From a candidate division WOR-3 bacterium (lineage in GTDB: Bacteria > Hydrothermota > Hydrothermia > B15-G9): a DNA stretch of 64,000 nt. The position numbers and the translations under genes were made by a program. Positions 44,601-55,484 of the stretch are shown here, piece by piece (positions within the stretch are counted from its first letter, which is position 1; every line of letters starts with the position of its first letter). Below the pieces are notes generated by a model. It was not told where the DNA came from. It searched no databases and saw nothing but the letters and a program-made list of their open reading frames with translations. The stretch spans positions 2,457 through 66,456 of the forward strand of contig WGAI01000008.1 of NCBI GenBank assembly GCA_015489175.1, given 5' to 3'.

Positions 44601-45476
44601 TTACTTCTTCTGAATCAGGATACCCGCAAGAATCAATAGCAGGCCAACGACCGTGGTTGTAAGTATCGTCTCCCCAAGTATAAAATGTATGAAAATCAAG
44701 GATATAAACGGGGAAAGGTAAATCAGGTTGGCGATCGGCGCCTGATTTTCCGCAAGCTCCAGCGCTTTCAGCCACACGAAAAAGGTAGCTCCCATCTCAA
44801 AAATGCCGATGTAAACGCTCCCTAACACTCCCGATAGAGGCACCTTCAGAGGAGATGAGAACGCAAACGCCACCCCTGTCACGAACAGCGAGCCGGCAAG
44901 GAAGTTCATGAAAAGCTTTAAGTCAGACAGCCTTTTATCCCTTAGATTCAGAACCCAGTAAGTTGCCCATAAAAAGGCACTCCCTATGGCCAGCAACACC
45001 CCAACGGTTGAAAATTTGTGCCCTTTGGGATGGAGCGCATCCGAAATCACGATGACGCCCAAAAAGCTGACAGCAAGGGCAAACATAACTCTCAATGTAA
45101 TCGGTTCCCTGAGGAAAATCGCGCTCAAAACCACCAGCGCAATCGGCCATGTGTAATTCAGCGGTTGCGCAATCTGGGCGGGCAAAAGGGAATAGGCTCT
45201 GAACAGAACCAGATAATACAAAAACGGGTTGATAAGTCCCATCACGATCGAACGCCACATCCAATCTGTTCTGGGCTTCTGAAGAAGCCTCCAGCTATCG
45301 GACAGCCACACCATCAGCATGAGGTAAAAAGTAGATGTCCAGCTCGCGTAGAAAAGCATGTCGATGAAGTTCAAATATCTGAGAGTGAGTTTGAACGCAG
45401 TAGCCACAGTTGACCACAACACAACCGCCAGCAGCGCAAAGAGATAAGCTTTCCGCTGATTTTTCGATGACGGCAT
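44601..45476 (-). CDS. DMT/EamA family transporter
   Basis: 10 TMs in two repeats; LWSTVATAFKL, GLINPFLYY..LF.AY, YLSPFIS. Confidence 0.9.
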   Translation of the reverse strand: MPSSKNQRKAYLFALLAVVLWSTVATAFKLTLRYLNFIDMLFYASWTSTFYLMLMVWLSDSWRLLQKPRTDWMWRSIVMGLINPFLYYLVLFRAYSLLPAQIAQPLNYTWPIALVVLSAIFLREPITLRVMFALAVSFLGVIVISDALHPKGHKFSTVGVLLAIGSAFLWATYWVLNLRDKRLSDLKLFMNFLAGSLFVTGVAFAFSSPLKVPLSGVLGSVYIGIFEMGATFFVWLKALELAENQAPIANLIYLSPFISLIFIHFILGETILTTTVVGLLLILAGILIQKK

Positions 45477-46129
45477 TACCTGACGATCTCTATCTTCTCG
45501 ATGACATCCCCTTGCCTGAGCTGATCAACCACCTCCATGCCCTTAATAACCTGTCCAAACACGCAATAATTCCCGTCGAGGTGCGGCGCATCCTTGAGCA
45601 CGATGTAAAATTGAGAGCTCGCCGAATTGGGATCCTGAGCGCGCGCCATCCCCACCGCTCCCCTTATGTGATGCAGGTCAGGATCAATCTCAAGCGGGAT
45701 GGTGTATCCGGCGCCGCCCATGCCGTTTCTGAGCGGATCGCCCCCCTGAATAACGAAATTCGGGACATACCTGTGAAATCTCAGACTGTCATAGAATCCA
45801 AGCTCCGCCAGCTTTATGAAATTCTTAACAGTGTTGGGGACCTTATCGCCGTAAAGCTGGATGACAAACTTCCCTTTGTTGGTGTAAACGATCGCCTTTT
45901 CGTCACCTGTGACGGGGAAATCGAAATCTTTGAATTTTGACGCTATTTTAATCCTTTTGGACGGGGGATCTGAGGGAGCAATTAGCCTGTTGAGCCCTTT
46001 TATTTTCAGCGGCGTGTAACCGTATTGGTTCGGTTTCTCTTTCGGCGCAGGCGGATTTTTTCCCCCAGAATGGCAGCTTCCTGTGAATAGAAAAGCACTG
46101 ATGACACCAACGACGATGATATTCCTCAT
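45476..46129 (-). CDS. Cyclophilin-type peptidyl-prolyl isomerase (lipoprotein)
   Basis: Lipobox TGS-C; P.TV.NF..L, FYD.L.FHR.V.NFVIQGGDP, GMARA.DP.SA.SQFYI, LDG.Y.VFG.V. Confidence 0.93.
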   Translation of the reverse strand: MRNIIVVGVISAFLFTGSCHSGGKNPPAPKEKPNQYGYTPLKIKGLNRLIAPSDPPSKRIKIASKFKDFDFPVTGDEKAIVYTNKGKFVIQLYGDKVPNTVKNFIKLAELGFYDSLRFHRYVPNFVIQGGDPLRNGMGGAGYTIPLEIDPDLHHIRGAVGMARAQDPNSASSQFYIVLKDAPHLDGNYCVFGQVIKGMEVVDQLRQGDVIEKIEIVR

Positions 46130-46917
46130 CCTTCACCTCCAGCTTTTTGTTCCTTATGCCTGCTCACGCAGGCGTAAGCGTTGTGGTTGTGGATACTTTC
46201 AAAACTTGTCACGGAAACGCGATACCATGTGACGCGCGGATTGGCCTCAAGCCTGAGAGCGGCCTCTCGCGCTACATCTTCAACAAATCGCGGCGTGTCA
46301 TAAGCCAGCTCAGTGACATACTTCTCATCTTCCCTTTTCAACAGGGAGTAAAGCGGCGAGCTCGCAGAAGCCTCCGCTATCTCCACAAGGTCCTCTATCC
46401 AGATGATCCCGGACATCCTGACCTCAATCTTAACATTGGCGCGCTGGTTATGAGCACCTCGGTCTGAAATCTCCTTTGAGCACGGGCAAAGCGTGTGGAC
46501 AGGGGTGTTAACTTCAAGGATGAAGTCAAAGCCGTTGTTCTGGGTGGCTGAGAATTTGCAGATGTAGCTCATGTAGCTCGGAATGCCAGAAACAGGAGCG
46601 TTCTTTTCGAGGAAATAAGGGAATTCCATTTCTATGTGGGCCGTCTCGGCGTCGAGCACCTTTTTGAGCTTGTTGAGCATAGCTTTGAGGTTGCGATAGC
46701 TTATGTCGTGGCGGAATTCGTTCAGAACCTCGACAAACCTGCTCATGTGTGTGCCCCTGAAATCGTGCGGCAGGTTGACCTGCATGGAGATCTTTGCGAC
46801 GGTGTGCTGGTAGCCGCCCTTTTTCTGCATGACCTTTATCGGATAGGTTAGCCCTTCAACACCGACAAGGTCAAGTGGTATGTTCCTGTAATCCCTTTCG
46901 CTCTGGACATCTCTCAT
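46126..46917 (-). CDS. folE2: GTP cyclohydrolase IB (FolE2)
   Basis: DVQ, RGTHMSRF, LCPCSKEIS..GAHNQR, LLKREDEK.VTE, FVED..R, ESIHNHNA. Start at ATG 46917. Confidence 0.95.
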   Translation of the reverse strand: MRDVQSERDYRNIPLDLVGVEGLTYPIKVMQKKGGYQHTVAKISMQVNLPHDFRGTHMSRFVEVLNEFRHDISYRNLKAMLNKLKKVLDAETAHIEMEFPYFLEKNAPVSGIPSYMSYICKFSATQNNGFDFILEVNTPVHTLCPCSKEISDRGAHNQRANVKIEVRMSGIIWIEDLVEIAEASASSPLYSLLKREDEKYVTELAYDTPRFVEDVAREAALRLEANPRVTWYRVSVTSFESIHNHNAYACVSRHKEQKAGGEG

Positions 46918-46967
46918 AGAGCGTGAATTATAACACAAAAAGAGAGCATTAAGGTGAACAAAAGTGG

Positions 46968-46993
46968 GAAAAGGGCGGGATAAATCCCACCCT
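46968..46993 (-). terminator. Probable terminator after the lipoprotein gene
   Basis: Minus strand agggtgggat/atcccgccct stem (one G-U pair) followed by U residues. Confidence 0.55.
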
Positions 46994-47004
46994 AAAATGA
47001 TGGA

Positions 47005-47694
47005 TTATTTAGATGGAACCATGGTTACTGAAATGTTATCGCTAAAGGAGAAAAAGAAAGCGGATCCTGCCGCAAAGCCATCCAGAGAGTTAACACTGTA
47101 TGTCTGAACCCACACATTTACAGTGCCTTCGTGGTTAAGATTGTCGGCCGTTATTACATATAGCCTTGCACTATCGGGAAGTGAAATCTCCTCATAGTAA
47201 CCATCATTGTATCCGTATGATAGAGAAAGAGAATCACCTGTCTCTCCCTGAACATCCCATGTAACCTCCACATCGTTTCCAAGCGGCAACTGAGCTTCAT
47301 CCATAGGAGATGTGATATCAAGTCTCTCAGTGGCTGGTGTGCTGATGGATACCGAAAAATCGCCTCTATCTGACTTCACCTCAAGGTCATAAAGGGTGGA
47401 CGGAGAATAGCCGATAACATCCATATATCCACCAGAATAACTATTGTAGCCCAGTGTATCACCGTTCAGGATAACCACTGCATCTGTTATCAGTGAATCG
47501 TTCTCGCTGCCATCCCTGAGTTCGACCCATGCAATAGCAGTCGATGTTTTGTAATTGTCCATCACATTTACGCCGCCACGAACGAAAACACCGCTGTCAC
47601 TGCCATCATCACCTGAGCCGGGCAGATTTATTTTGTCACATCCGGTAACAAGAGCGAGCACAATAGCTACCAGAAACATGTATTTTTTAAGCAT
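47005..47694 (-). CDS. Hypothetical beta-rich lipoprotein (Ig/FN3-like)
   Basis: Lipobox VTG-C; ITDAVVILNG, Y.LEV, I.SP....V.W; SD AGGAGG. Confidence 0.7.
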   Translation of the reverse strand: MLKKYMFLVAIVLALVTGCDKINLPGSGDDGSDSGVFVRGGVNVMDNYKTSTAIAWVELRDGSENDSLITDAVVILNGDTLGYNSYSGGYMDVIGYSPSTLYDLEVKSDRGDFSVSISTPATERLDITSPMDEAQLPLGNDVEVTWDVQGETGDSLSLSYGYNDGYYEEISLPDSARLYVITADNLNHEGTVNVWVQTYSVNSLDGFAAGSAFFFSFSDNISVTMVPSK

Positions 47695-47787
47695 AAAAGC
47701 CTCCTGTTATGACACTAAGGTCATAGGTTTGTTGTATTCGTATTTGATACGATTTATTAGAAAGGGCGGATATTTCGAGGAAGCGTG

Positions 47788-48585
47788 CTAAAAATTGAGG
47801 AAATATCGTTCCAATTGTGGCTTAGCGTCTTCCAGAACCGATAGAATAATCGGCCCGTCTTTTGTGATCGCGATCGTATGCTCGTAATGGGCTGAAAGAG
47901 AGCGATCAGCTGAAACAACCGTCCAGCCATCTTTTTTTGTGTAAACTCGCCATGTGCCTACATTAACCATCGGCTCGATGGCGATCGTCATGCCGTGCTT
48001 GAGGCGAGGCCCGTGCCAATTCGGGTCAAAATAGTTCGGGACCGATGGGTCTTCGTGCAACTTAATCCCAACCCCGTGACCAGCAAGCGCCCTGACGGCG
48101 TAAAACCCATAATTCTTGATAACATTTTCAACTGCTAACGAAATATCACTTACATGGTTTCCAACTCTTGCGGCCTCAATTCCAGCGTAGAGGGACTCGA
48201 ATGTGGCCTTCATCAAACGGCGGGCGGTTTCGCTCACATCGCCGATAGCGTAAGTTCGAGCGGCATCACCTATGTAACCACCAATAGTAACGCCTACATC
48301 CACTTTTAGCAAATCGCCCTTCCTTATCTTCTTGCGTTTTTTAGGGATACCGTGCACAACCTCCTCGTTTATGGATATGCATGCAGCGGCAGGAAAGCCC
48401 TGATAGCCAAGGAAAGTGGGGATCCCTCCCCTCCTCCTGATGTATCTGTCGATGATCTCGTTGAGCTCATAGGTGGACATGCCGGGAGATACATTCTCTG
48501 GAACAACGACATCAAGGACTTCCGCAACAATTCGAGAGGCTTTCTCAATTCCTTTGATGTCACTATCTGTCTTAATGATTATCAT
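47788..48585 (-). CDS. map: Methionine aminopeptidase type I
   Basis: CISINEEVVHGIP, KVDVG, GDAART, GHGVG..LHEDP, AIEPM, AHYEHT. Confidence 0.97.
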   Translation of the reverse strand: MIIIKTDSDIKGIEKASRIVAEVLDVVVPENVSPGMSTYELNEIIDRYIRRRGGIPTFLGYQGFPAAACISINEEVVHGIPKKRKKIRKGDLLKVDVGVTIGGYIGDAARTYAIGDVSETARRLMKATFESLYAGIEAARVGNHVSDISLAVENVIKNYGFYAVRALAGHGVGIKLHEDPSVPNYFDPNWHGPRLKHGMTIAIEPMVNVGTWRVYTKKDGWTVVSADRSLSAHYEHTIAITKDGPIILSVLEDAKPQLERYFLNF

Positions 48586-48611
48586 TATCCGCCTCTCAAC
48601 GGGGTAATTAT

Positions 48612-49259
48612 CTACAGGCCAAGCACTTCCACAATTCGGCCGGTGATTTCCTCGATGCTGCCAACGCCATTTACCGTAAACAACTTGCCCTTTTTCCGAT
48701 AGTAGCCAACAAGCGGTTCCGTATCACGCCGATACACCTCAAGGCGCCGTTTTATGGTCTCAGGCTTATCGTCATCGCGCTGGATTAGTTTGGTGCCACA
48801 ATTATCGCATATCTCGTCGTTTTTGGGTGGACTGTAAATCATGTTATAGACAGCGCCACACTTCGGGCACACGCGGCGGGCAGACAGCCGCCTGATTATC
48901 TCCTCATCCGGAACATCAATCAAAACAGCCCCAAGCAATTCAATTTTCGTGCGGTTTAAAAGGTCGTCAAAGGCCTCTGCCTGGGGCAGGGTCCTTGGGA
49001 AGCCGTCCATTATCACCGAGCGGTCGTCCTCTTTAAGGACTTCCTCGATCAGGCCGATCATCACATCATCGGGCACCAGTTCGCCTTTGTCCATGTATGA
49101 CTTCGCCAATTTTCCCAATTCAGTGCCCTTTCGGACGGCTTCCCTCAGAATATCGCCGGTTGAGATGTGTCTGTAACCATATTTTTTCGCCAGAAGTTTG
49201 GCCTGTGTGCCTTTGCCCCCACCAGGAGGGCCGAGAAATATAACTGCTATCCTCTCCAT
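48612..49259 (-). CDS. adk: Adenylate kinase (Zn-lid type)
   Basis: GPPGGGKGTQ, ISTGD.LR, DGFPRT, CPKC...CDNC lid, QRDDD. Confidence 0.97.
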   Translation of the reverse strand: MERIAVIFLGPPGGGKGTQAKLLAKKYGYRHISTGDILREAVRKGTELGKLAKSYMDKGELVPDDVMIGLIEEVLKEDDRSVIMDGFPRTLPQAEAFDDLLNRTKIELLGAVLIDVPDEEIIRRLSARRVCPKCGAVYNMIYSPPKNDEICDNCGTKLIQRDDDKPETIKRRLEVYRRDTEPLVGYYRKKGKLFTVNGVGSIEEITGRIVEVLGL

Positions 49260-50560
49260 CCTCTGATCCTGCCCTTCTTCAAAAATCCTTCATACTGTCT
49301 CATGACAAGATGGGCCTCAACCTGCTGCATAAGCTCAAGTGCGACACCAACGATGATCAGCAGCCTCGTGCCGCCGAAATAGAACGGCACATGCGCCCAT
49401 TTCATGAGATAATACGGAAGGATCGCTATGATGGCGAAAAAGATGGCGCCCGGAAGGAGCACCCTCGCCATTATCCTGTCTATGTATTCGGCAGTCTGAT
49501 TGCCCGGCCTTATGCCCGGAATAAACCCGGAATAACGCTGAAGGTTGTCCGCTATCTCCTTCGGATTCATAACAACCGCCGTGTAGAAGTATGCGAAGAA
49601 TATAATAAGTCCCGCATAGGTCAAATCGTAAAGCAGATGGCCGGGAGAAAAATACCTGTTAAAAGCATCAGCCCATCCTGCCGATGTGAAGCTCGATATC
49701 GTTGCCGGGAATGTCAAAAGGGACTGAGCAAAAATTATCGGTATAACTCCAGCCGTGTTGACCGTTATGGGCAGATAGGTGGACTGGCCGCCGTAGATCT
49801 TCCGTCCTACAACCCTTTTGGCATACTGGATGGGAATACGGCGCTGAGACTCGGTCACAGCGACCACCGCCGCAGTAGCTACAAGTATGATAACAATAAC
49901 AAGGAAGAATGTCAGTGGACTGATCGCTCCGCTCTTGAGCAGGTTGATCGTCTGCATGAACTCGTTGGGCACGGAGTCGAGCGTCCCGGCAAAAATTATG
50001 ACCGATATGCCGTTGCCAATTCCGAACTGGGTTATCTGCTCACCGAGCCACATCAGGAAAATACTACCTGCAACAAGACTTATAACCGTGAGGAAGAAGA
50101 AGCCGAAGCCGGGGTTGGGAACGACCCTCATTCCGCTCGGACTGGTCAATCCTGACAGGAATATCGCGACACCTGACGCCTGAATGGCAGCAATGACGAC
50201 CGTGAGATAACGGGAATATTGCTCGATCTTCCTCCTGCCGTGTTCGCCTTCACGGTGCAATCTTTCGAGAGCTGGCACAGTCGAAGTCAGGAGCTGCATG
50301 ATAATCGAAGATGAGATGTAGGGCATAATTCCGACACCGAAGATAGCAGCGCGTGAAAGGGCACCGCCAACAAACATGTCGTAAAGCCCGAAGGCGGTGC
50401 CTCTCATCTGCTGGAAGAATTCCATCAGCGCCTTTCCGTTCACGCCCGGAAGAGGTATATGAGTTCCAAGTCGATAGACGGCTATGATAAGGAATGTGAA
50501 CAGTATCTTCTTTTTCAAATCTTCAATTTTCAGGATAGAGCCAACATTCTGGAGCATCAT
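49247..50560 (-). CDS. secY: Preprotein translocase subunit SecY
   Basis: [59 protein letters not shown]. Confidence 0.98.
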   Translation of the reverse strand: MMLQNVGSILKIEDLKKKILFTFLIIAVYRLGTHIPLPGVNGKALMEFFQQMRGTAFGLYDMFVGGALSRAAIFGVGIMPYISSSIIMQLLTSTVPALERLHREGEHGRRKIEQYSRYLTVVIAAIQASGVAIFLSGLTSPSGMRVVPNPGFGFFFLTVISLVAGSIFLMWLGEQITQFGIGNGISVIIFAGTLDSVPNEFMQTINLLKSGAISPLTFFLVIVIILVATAAVVAVTESQRRIPIQYAKRVVGRKIYGGQSTYLPITVNTAGVIPIIFAQSLLTFPATISSFTSAGWADAFNRYFSPGHLLYDLTYAGLIIFFAYFYTAVVMNPKEIADNLQRYSGFIPGIRPGNQTAEYIDRIMARVLLPGAIFFAIIAILPYYLMKWAHVPFYFGGTRLLIIVGVALELMQQVEAHLVMRQYEGFLKKGRIRGWRG

Positions 50561-51009
50561 TTGGATGTAACCTCCACGGTTCCACCAGCTGCCTGAATAA
50601 GCTCGACAGCCTTTTTAGAAGCCGCATCCACTTTCACGGTTAGCTTCTTGGTTATGTTCCCCTTTCCGAGCAACTTCACGGGCTGATTTAACTTTTTAAT
50701 AAGTCCCGCTTTCCTGAGAGCTTCTTTGTCCACGACGGTATCTGCATCGAATTTCTCTTCAAGCTGCCCAACATTCACCACCTGATAGACGACTTTGAAG
50801 ATATTTGTAAATCCCCGTTTCGGGAGACGGCGGTAAAGGGGGAGCTGGCCGCCCTCAAAATATCTCGGTTTCGCTCCGCCGGAACGGGACTTCTGTCCTT
50901 TGTGTCCCCTGCCAGCAGTCTTGCCGAGACCGGAACCGGGGCCGCGCCCGACCCTTTTCCTCTTCTTTACAGCCCCCGGGTTTGGTCCAATGTTGGAAAG
51001 ATCAAACAT
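50557..51009 (-). CDS. rplO: 50S ribosomal protein L15
   Basis: RVGRG.GSG.GKT.GRGHKGQ.SR, FEGGQ.PL.RR.PK.GF. Confidence 0.97.
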   Translation of the reverse strand: MFDLSNIGPNPGAVKKRKRVGRGPGSGLGKTAGRGHKGQKSRSGGAKPRYFEGGQLPLYRRLPKRGFTNIFKVVYQVVNVGQLEEKFDADTVVDKEALRKAGLIKKLNQPVKLLGKGNITKKLTVKVDAASKKAVELIQAAGGTVEVTSK

Positions 51010-51233
51010 TATTCGCCCTCCTGTGCAAGCTGTTCTTCATCAATTTCCTGAACATCCACCATGTAATAGACGACATTTATCATCCCGCGTATCTGAGGCG
51101 TATCCTCGTGGATAACGGTATGACCAATTCTCTTGAGACCGAGCGCCTCAATGGTCCTCTTCGCCTTCTTGTTCTTACCGATCTTACTCCTCGTCTGCGT
51201 TATCTTCAGATATTTCTTGCCTGCCACGGCCAT
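51009..51233 (-). CDS. rpmD: 50S ribosomal protein L30
   Basis: LKIT..RS.IG....T..ALGL.RIG.TV..DTP..RGMI; position in operon. Confidence 0.93.
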   Translation of the reverse strand: MAVAGKKYLKITQTRSKIGKNKKAKRTIEALGLKRIGHTVIHEDTPQIRGMINVVYYMVDVQEIDEEQLAQEGE

Positions 51234-51744
51234 ACCTCCTTAAAACTGCGGAAAGCGGCAATCCTCTGCGTTTTGCCACTTTTTGAGGGTCTTTAAGCCT
51301 CATAAGGCCATCCATGGTGGCCTTCAAAAGGTTGACGGGGTTGTTGGAGCCGAGCGATTTCGTGAGTGCATTCTCGTAACCCGCGGCCTCAAGTATCGCA
51401 CGCACTGCCTGTGAAGCGATAATTCCTGTTCCTGGTGCTGCCGGTTTGAGCAGAACTCTTGAAGCGCCCATCTTGCCGACGATCTCGTGTGGCAGCGTGC
51501 CGTTGATGATGGTGACCTTAACCATGTTTTTGCGGGCCTGTGCAGTGGCTTTTCTGATGGCATCCGGCGTCTCGCTCGCCTTACCGTGACCGATACCGAC
51601 GCGCCCTTTGCCGTCGCCCACGACCACCCAGACTGAAAGCCTGAACCTGCGGCCACCTTTGGTTACCTTGGTGACCCTACTGATATTCACGACCGTCTCA
51701 ATCAGGTCGCTAACGCCCTCGTTTCTTCTTCCTGGATTCATCAT
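51184..51744 (-). CDS. rpsE: 30S ribosomal protein S5
   Basis: [37 protein letters not shown]. Confidence 0.97.
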   Translation of the reverse strand: MMNPGRRNEGVSDLIETVVNISRVTKVTKGGRRFRLSVWVVVGDGKGRVGIGHGKASETPDAIRKATAQARKNMVKVTIINGTLPHEIVGKMGASRVLLKPAAPGTGIIASQAVRAILEAAGYENALTKSLGSNNPVNLLKATMDGLMRLKDPQKVAKRRGLPLSAVLRRYGRGRQEISEDNADEE

Positions 51745-51759
51745 ATCAGTCTCCTCCGA

Positions 51760-52137
51760 TTAGAACTTAAGGCCCGCTTCACGGGCTGCATCGGCAAGCG
51801 CTTTAACTCTGCCGTGATACTTGTAGCCGGATTTATCAAAAGCAACCTTTTCGACGCCAAGCTTTTTGGCCCGTTCGGCTATCAATTTGCCGACCAGTTT
51901 GGCCTTTTCGATCTTGCCTTTCGCCTTTGCAACTTCGTCTCTGATCTCTGGCGAGAGTGTGGATGCACCGGTAAGCGTTCTGGAAGGTCCGATCGGCGGA
52001 TCAATGACTATCTGCGCATAGATGTGCTTCAGGCTTTTGTAAACCGTAAGTCTCGGCCGCTCAGGTGTTCCGTTGACCTTTTTGCGGACCCTCAAGTGTC
52101 TTCTTTTGCGTTTCTCAACTTTTTTCTTTCTGTCCAT
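51760..52137 (-). CDS. rplR: 50S ribosomal protein L18
   Basis: [37 protein letters not shown]. Confidence 0.97.
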   Translation of the reverse strand: MDRKKKVEKRKRRHLRVRKKVNGTPERPRLTVYKSLKHIYAQIVIDPPIGPSRTLTGASTLSPEIRDEVAKAKGKIEKAKLVGKLIAERAKKLGVEKVAFDKSGYKYHGRVKALADAAREAGLKF

Positions 52138-52156
52138 GTGTGTTTTCCTCCTTGCG

Positions 52157-52738
52157 TTACGCCTTCACGCCGGCCTTACCAGCCTTGTAAAGGATGCGCT
52201 CGCCAGCGTAGCGAAGTCCCTTGCCCTTGTAAGGATCTGGAGGTCTAACTCTGCGGATCTCAGCTGCAACCTGTCCCACTCTCTGCTTATCAATTCCGCT
52301 GACGATTATGTCGAACTGTTTTTCCTCGTTCTTGCCACCGTAGATACCGCGTGGCGCTGATTTCACTTCGATTTTGACATCATCAGGTATCGGATACACC
52401 ACATCGTGAGAATAGCCGACCTTGAGCACCAGGTTTTTGCCATCAATGCTGGCTTTGTAACCGGAGCCATACAGTTCAACGACCTTGGTAAACCCTTTGG
52501 TAACGCCCTCGATCATGTTCGCTATTATCTGCCTCGTTGTTCCGTGCAAAGCCCTGTGAAATTTCCTGTCAGATGGGCGTTTAACGGTAACAAAACCATC
52601 AGACACCTCAATGATCATGTCCTTGTGATGCGCAAATTCGAGCTGCCCCTTGGGGCCTTTAACTCTGATGACGCCATTTTCGTATTTAACCTCAACTCCC
52701 TGAGGGATTGGAATCGGTTTTTTGCCTATTCTTGACAT
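52157..52738 (-). CDS. rplF: 50S ribosomal protein L6
   Basis: MSRIGK.P, V.GPKG.L, HGT.R, GYSH, DKQ.VGQ.AA.IR..R.P.PYKGKG.RY. Confidence 0.97.
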   Translation of the reverse strand: MSRIGKKPIPIPQGVEVKYENGVIRVKGPKGQLEFAHHKDMIIEVSDGFVTVKRPSDRKFHRALHGTTRQIIANMIEGVTKGFTKVVELYGSGYKASIDGKNLVLKVGYSHDVVYPIPDDVKIEVKSAPRGIYGGKNEEKQFDIIVSGIDKQRVGQVAAEIRRVRPPDPYKGKGLRYAGERILYKAGKAGVKA

Positions 52739-52756
52739 TTCGATACACCTCCCTGC

Positions 52757-53155
52757 CTACACGACATAAAGCAGGTATTCTCCGCCGACGCCGAGCCTTC
52801 TTGCTTCACGGTCAGTGATCAGGCCTTTAGAAGATGAAATAATCGCTACGCCTATGCCATTTGCGACCCAGGGTATCTCTTTCTTGCTGACATAGATTCT
52901 TCTGCCGGGTTTGGAAACCTTCTGGATGTCCGTTATGAGCGGGTTACCCTCATCGTCATACTTGAGGAAGACGATTATCTTCTGCTTAACACCTTCGCCC
53001 TCAACCTTGTATCCTTCAATGTATCCTTCCTTCTTGAGGATCTTAAGGATTTCAATCTTGAGGTTCGACTTAGGCACCACCTCAACGGTTTCCTTATGTG
53101 CCCTAACAGCATTTCTGATTCTGGTAATCATATCGGCAATTGGATCAGTCATCAT
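52757..53155 (-). CDS. rpsH: 30S ribosomal protein S8
   Basis: TDPIADM.TRIRNA, SKPGRRIY, G.AI.S.SKG..D..AR..G.GGE. Confidence 0.97.
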   Translation of the reverse strand: MMTDPIADMITRIRNAVRAHKETVEVVPKSNLKIEILKILKKEGYIEGYKVEGEGVKQKIIVFLKYDDEGNPLITDIQKVSKPGRRIYVSKKEIPWVANGIGVAIISSSKGLITDREARRLGVGGEYLLYVV

Positions 53156-53168
53156 GGTTCAACACCTC

Positions 53169-53351
53169 CTACCAGCTTGCCTTTTTGACACCCGGCAATT
53201 CGCCCTTAAGTGCCAGTTCTCTGAAGCAAATCCTGCACAGGCCGAATCTGCGGATGTAGCCTCTGGGTCTGCCGCAACGCTTACAACGATTGCGCTCCCT
53301 GATTTTAAATTTCGGCGGATGCTTTGGATAAAGTTTTGCTTTCCTTGCCAT
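53169..53351 (-). CDS. rpsN: 30S ribosomal protein S14, zinc-binding type Z
   Basis: RCKRCGRPR...[11 protein letters not shown]...GELPGV.KASW; start at ATG 53351. Confidence 0.96.
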   Translation of the reverse strand: MARKAKLYPKHPPKFKIRERNRCKRCGRPRGYIRRFGLCRICFRELALKGELPGVKKASW

Positions 53352-53358
53352 GCTTTTT

Positions 53359-53901
53359 CTACCTCCTCTCGAACGGGAAGCCGAACTCCTCAAGGAGCCT
53401 CATGGCCTCCTCGTCGGTCTCGGCAGTAGTGACAATGTTTATGTCCATGCCAAAAGATTTTTTAATCTTATCTATCTCGATTTCCGGGAAAATAGCATGC
53501 TCCGAAACGCCGAAATTGTAGTTACCTCTGCCGTCGAAAGAATTGCGAGGCAGGCCTCTGAAGTCGCGGACGCGCGGAAGTGCGAAGTTTATCAACCTAT
53601 CGAGGAAATCGTGCGCCCTTCTGCCACGAAGCGTGACCTTCAGGCCGATCGGCATTCCCTTACGGAGATGGAATCCGGCCACAGATTTGCGAGCGCGCCT
53701 GAGAACCGGTTTCTGACCTGTGATCATAGCAAGGTCTTCGGAGATCACATCGAGCACTTTGGGGTCCTGAATTGCGTCGCCTGTTGTAACATTTATCACG
53801 ATCTTCTCTATGCGCGGCACCTGCATGATGTTCTTGTAGCCAAGCTCTTTCATGAGTTTCGGCCGAATCCTCTCACGATATTCTTTAAGCAGTCTTGACA
53901 T
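53359..53901 (-). CDS. rplE: 50S ribosomal protein L5
   Basis: [46 protein letters not shown]. Confidence 0.97.
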   Translation of the reverse strand: MSRLLKEYRERIRPKLMKELGYKNIMQVPRIEKIVINVTTGDAIQDPKVLDVISEDLAMITGQKPVLRRARKSVAGFHLRKGMPIGLKVTLRGRRAHDFLDRLINFALPRVRDFRGLPRNSFDGRGNYNFGVSEHAIFPEIEIDKIKKSFGMDINIVTTAETDEEAMRLLEEFGFPFERR

Positions 53902-54217
53902 CGCTGATCACTCCTCCACATTTTTTGCAGACCCGCAGCTTGTCGCCTGTCTCTGTAACCTTAAAAGCAACACGGGTCGGCTCGCCGCAGTTCGGGCAGA
54001 TAAGCATCACATTTGACACATGGATTGGAGCCGCCATCTCGATAATGCCGGATGGCTGGGTCTGACTCCTCGCCCTCATGTGCCGCTTCACGATGTTAAC
54101 GCCTTCCACAATCACGCGGTTAACCTTCGGTAGGACCTTGGTGACCTTGCCGGTTTTGCCCCTGTCTTTTCCGCTTATGACGAGCACAAGATCGCCTTTC
54201 CTGATTTTAGCTGCCAT
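53885..54217 (-). CDS. rplX: 50S ribosomal protein L24
   Basis: KIRKGD.V.VISGKD.GK.G, VEGVN, PIH.SNV. Confidence 0.97.
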   Translation of the reverse strand: MAAKIRKGDLVLVISGKDRGKTGKVTKVLPKVNRVIVEGVNIVKRHMRARSQTQPSGIIEMAAPIHVSNVMLICPNCGEPTRVAFKVTETGDKLRVCKKCGGVISDVKTA

Positions 54218-54586
54218 TTAAACCACCTCCGGTGCAAGCGACACAATTTTCATGAATTTTTTATCCCTGAGCTCTCTCGCCACCGGTCCGAAAACGCGCG
54301 TTCCTCTGGGCTCGTTCCTCTCGTCAATTATCACAGCTGCGTTGTCGTCGAACTTGATGTAAGTTCCATCCTTGCGGCGAATTTCCTTTTTTGTCCTTAC
54401 AACCACTGCCCTGACGACATCGCCCCTCTTTATGCTTGCGCCGGGCGTGGCCTCTTTAACGCTGGCGACGACGATGTCGCCCACGCGCGCATATTTGCGC
54501 TTAAATCCGCCCATTATGTGGATGATCATGATCTCCTGGGCGCCAGTGTTGTCAGCCACTTTAAGCCTCGAATAATCCTGAACCAT
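54218..54586 (-). CDS. rplN: 50S ribosomal protein L14
   Basis: [38 protein letters not shown]. Confidence 0.98.
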   Translation of the reverse strand: MVQDYSRLKVADNTGAQEIMIIHIMGGFKRKYARVGDIVVASVKEATPGASIKRGDVVRAVVVRTKKEIRRKDGTYIKFDDNAAVIIDERNEPRGTRVFGPVARELRDKKFMKIVSLAPEVV

Positions 54587-54589
54587 ATC

Positions 54590-54868
54590 TTATTCCTCCT
54601 CAAGTCTCTTCGCGCGCCTGAGGATCTCGACGATCCTCCACCTCTTCATCTTGGAGAGAGGTCTGGTTTCCACGATGCGGACAAGATCGCCCTCTCTGGC
54701 CTCGTTGTTCTCGTCATGGGCGTAGAATTTCTTTCTGCGACGCACATACTTCTTGTATTTCGGATGCTGCATCAATCTATCAACCACGACGACACGGGTC
54801 TTATCCATTTTGTCGGATACCACAACGCCCACGCGCTCTTTCCTGTGAGCTCTCTTGCTCTCACTCAT
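54590..54868 (-). CDS. rpsQ: 30S ribosomal protein S17
   Basis: [31 protein letters not shown]. Confidence 0.97.
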   Translation of the reverse strand: MSESKRAHRKERVGVVVSDKMDKTRVVVVDRLMQHPKYKKYVRRRKKFYAHDENNEAREGDLVRIVETRPLSKMKRWRIVEILRRAKRLEEE

Positions 54869-55065
54869 GATTCAGCCTCCAATTCCCTTTCCCTCAAAAT
54901 GGTAAGAATCCTCGCAATGTCCTTTTTAACAAGCTTAAACTGGTGAGGATTCCCCAATTTATTTTGGGCTTTAGCAAGTCTGAGCTGGAAAAGCTCATCC
55001 TTAAGCTCTCTAAGTTTGACCATAAGTTCCTCGTTCGTCATCTCGCGCAGCTCTCTCGCTTTCAT
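54865..55065 (-). CDS. rpmC: 50S ribosomal protein L29
   Basis: MKA.ELR...EL...[17 protein letters not shown]. Confidence 0.96.
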   Translation of the reverse strand: MKARELREMTNEELMVKLRELKDELFQLRLAKAQNKLGNPHQFKLVKKDIARILTILRERELEAES

Positions 55066-55481
55066 ACTCCGCCCTCCTTGACCGACACGAATCTCGTCTT
55101 TATCGGGAGTTTGAAGGATGCACGCCTGAACGCCTCTCTCGCCGCTTCTTCCGGCACGCCAGCCAGCTCGAAGATTATCCTTCCGGGCTTAACGACAGCG
55201 ACCCAGTGATCGACATTCCCTTTTCCTTTTCCCATACGGGTTTCAGCGGGCTTTTTGGTAACGGGCTTGTCCGGGAAAATGCGTATCCAGAGTTTACCGC
55301 CCTTCTTGAGATACCTTGTTATGGTCATACGGGCGGCCTCAATCTGGTTGGCGGTTATCCACGCCGACTCCACGGCCTTAAGCCCGTATTCGCCAAAAGC
55401 CACATAATGGCCTGCCGTGGCCTTTCCTTTTCTGCGTCCTCTGTGCTGCTTGCGATATTTAGTCCTTTTGGGCATCAACAT
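55062..55481 (-). CDS. rplP: 50S ribosomal protein L16
   Basis: [37 protein letters not shown]. Confidence 0.98.
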   Translation of the reverse strand: MLMPKRTKYRKQHRGRRKGKATAGHYVAFGEYGLKAVESAWITANQIEAARMTITRYLKKGGKLWIRIFPDKPVTKKPAETRMGKGKGNVDHWVAVVKPGRIIFELAGVPEEAAREAFRRASFKLPIKTRFVSVKEGGV

Positions 55482-55484
55482 GGC

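Noticed and set aside
52313-52360. About 12-aa insertion in L6 ([17 protein letters not shown])
   Set aside because: This loop is length-variable in several phyla; a minor lineage feature.
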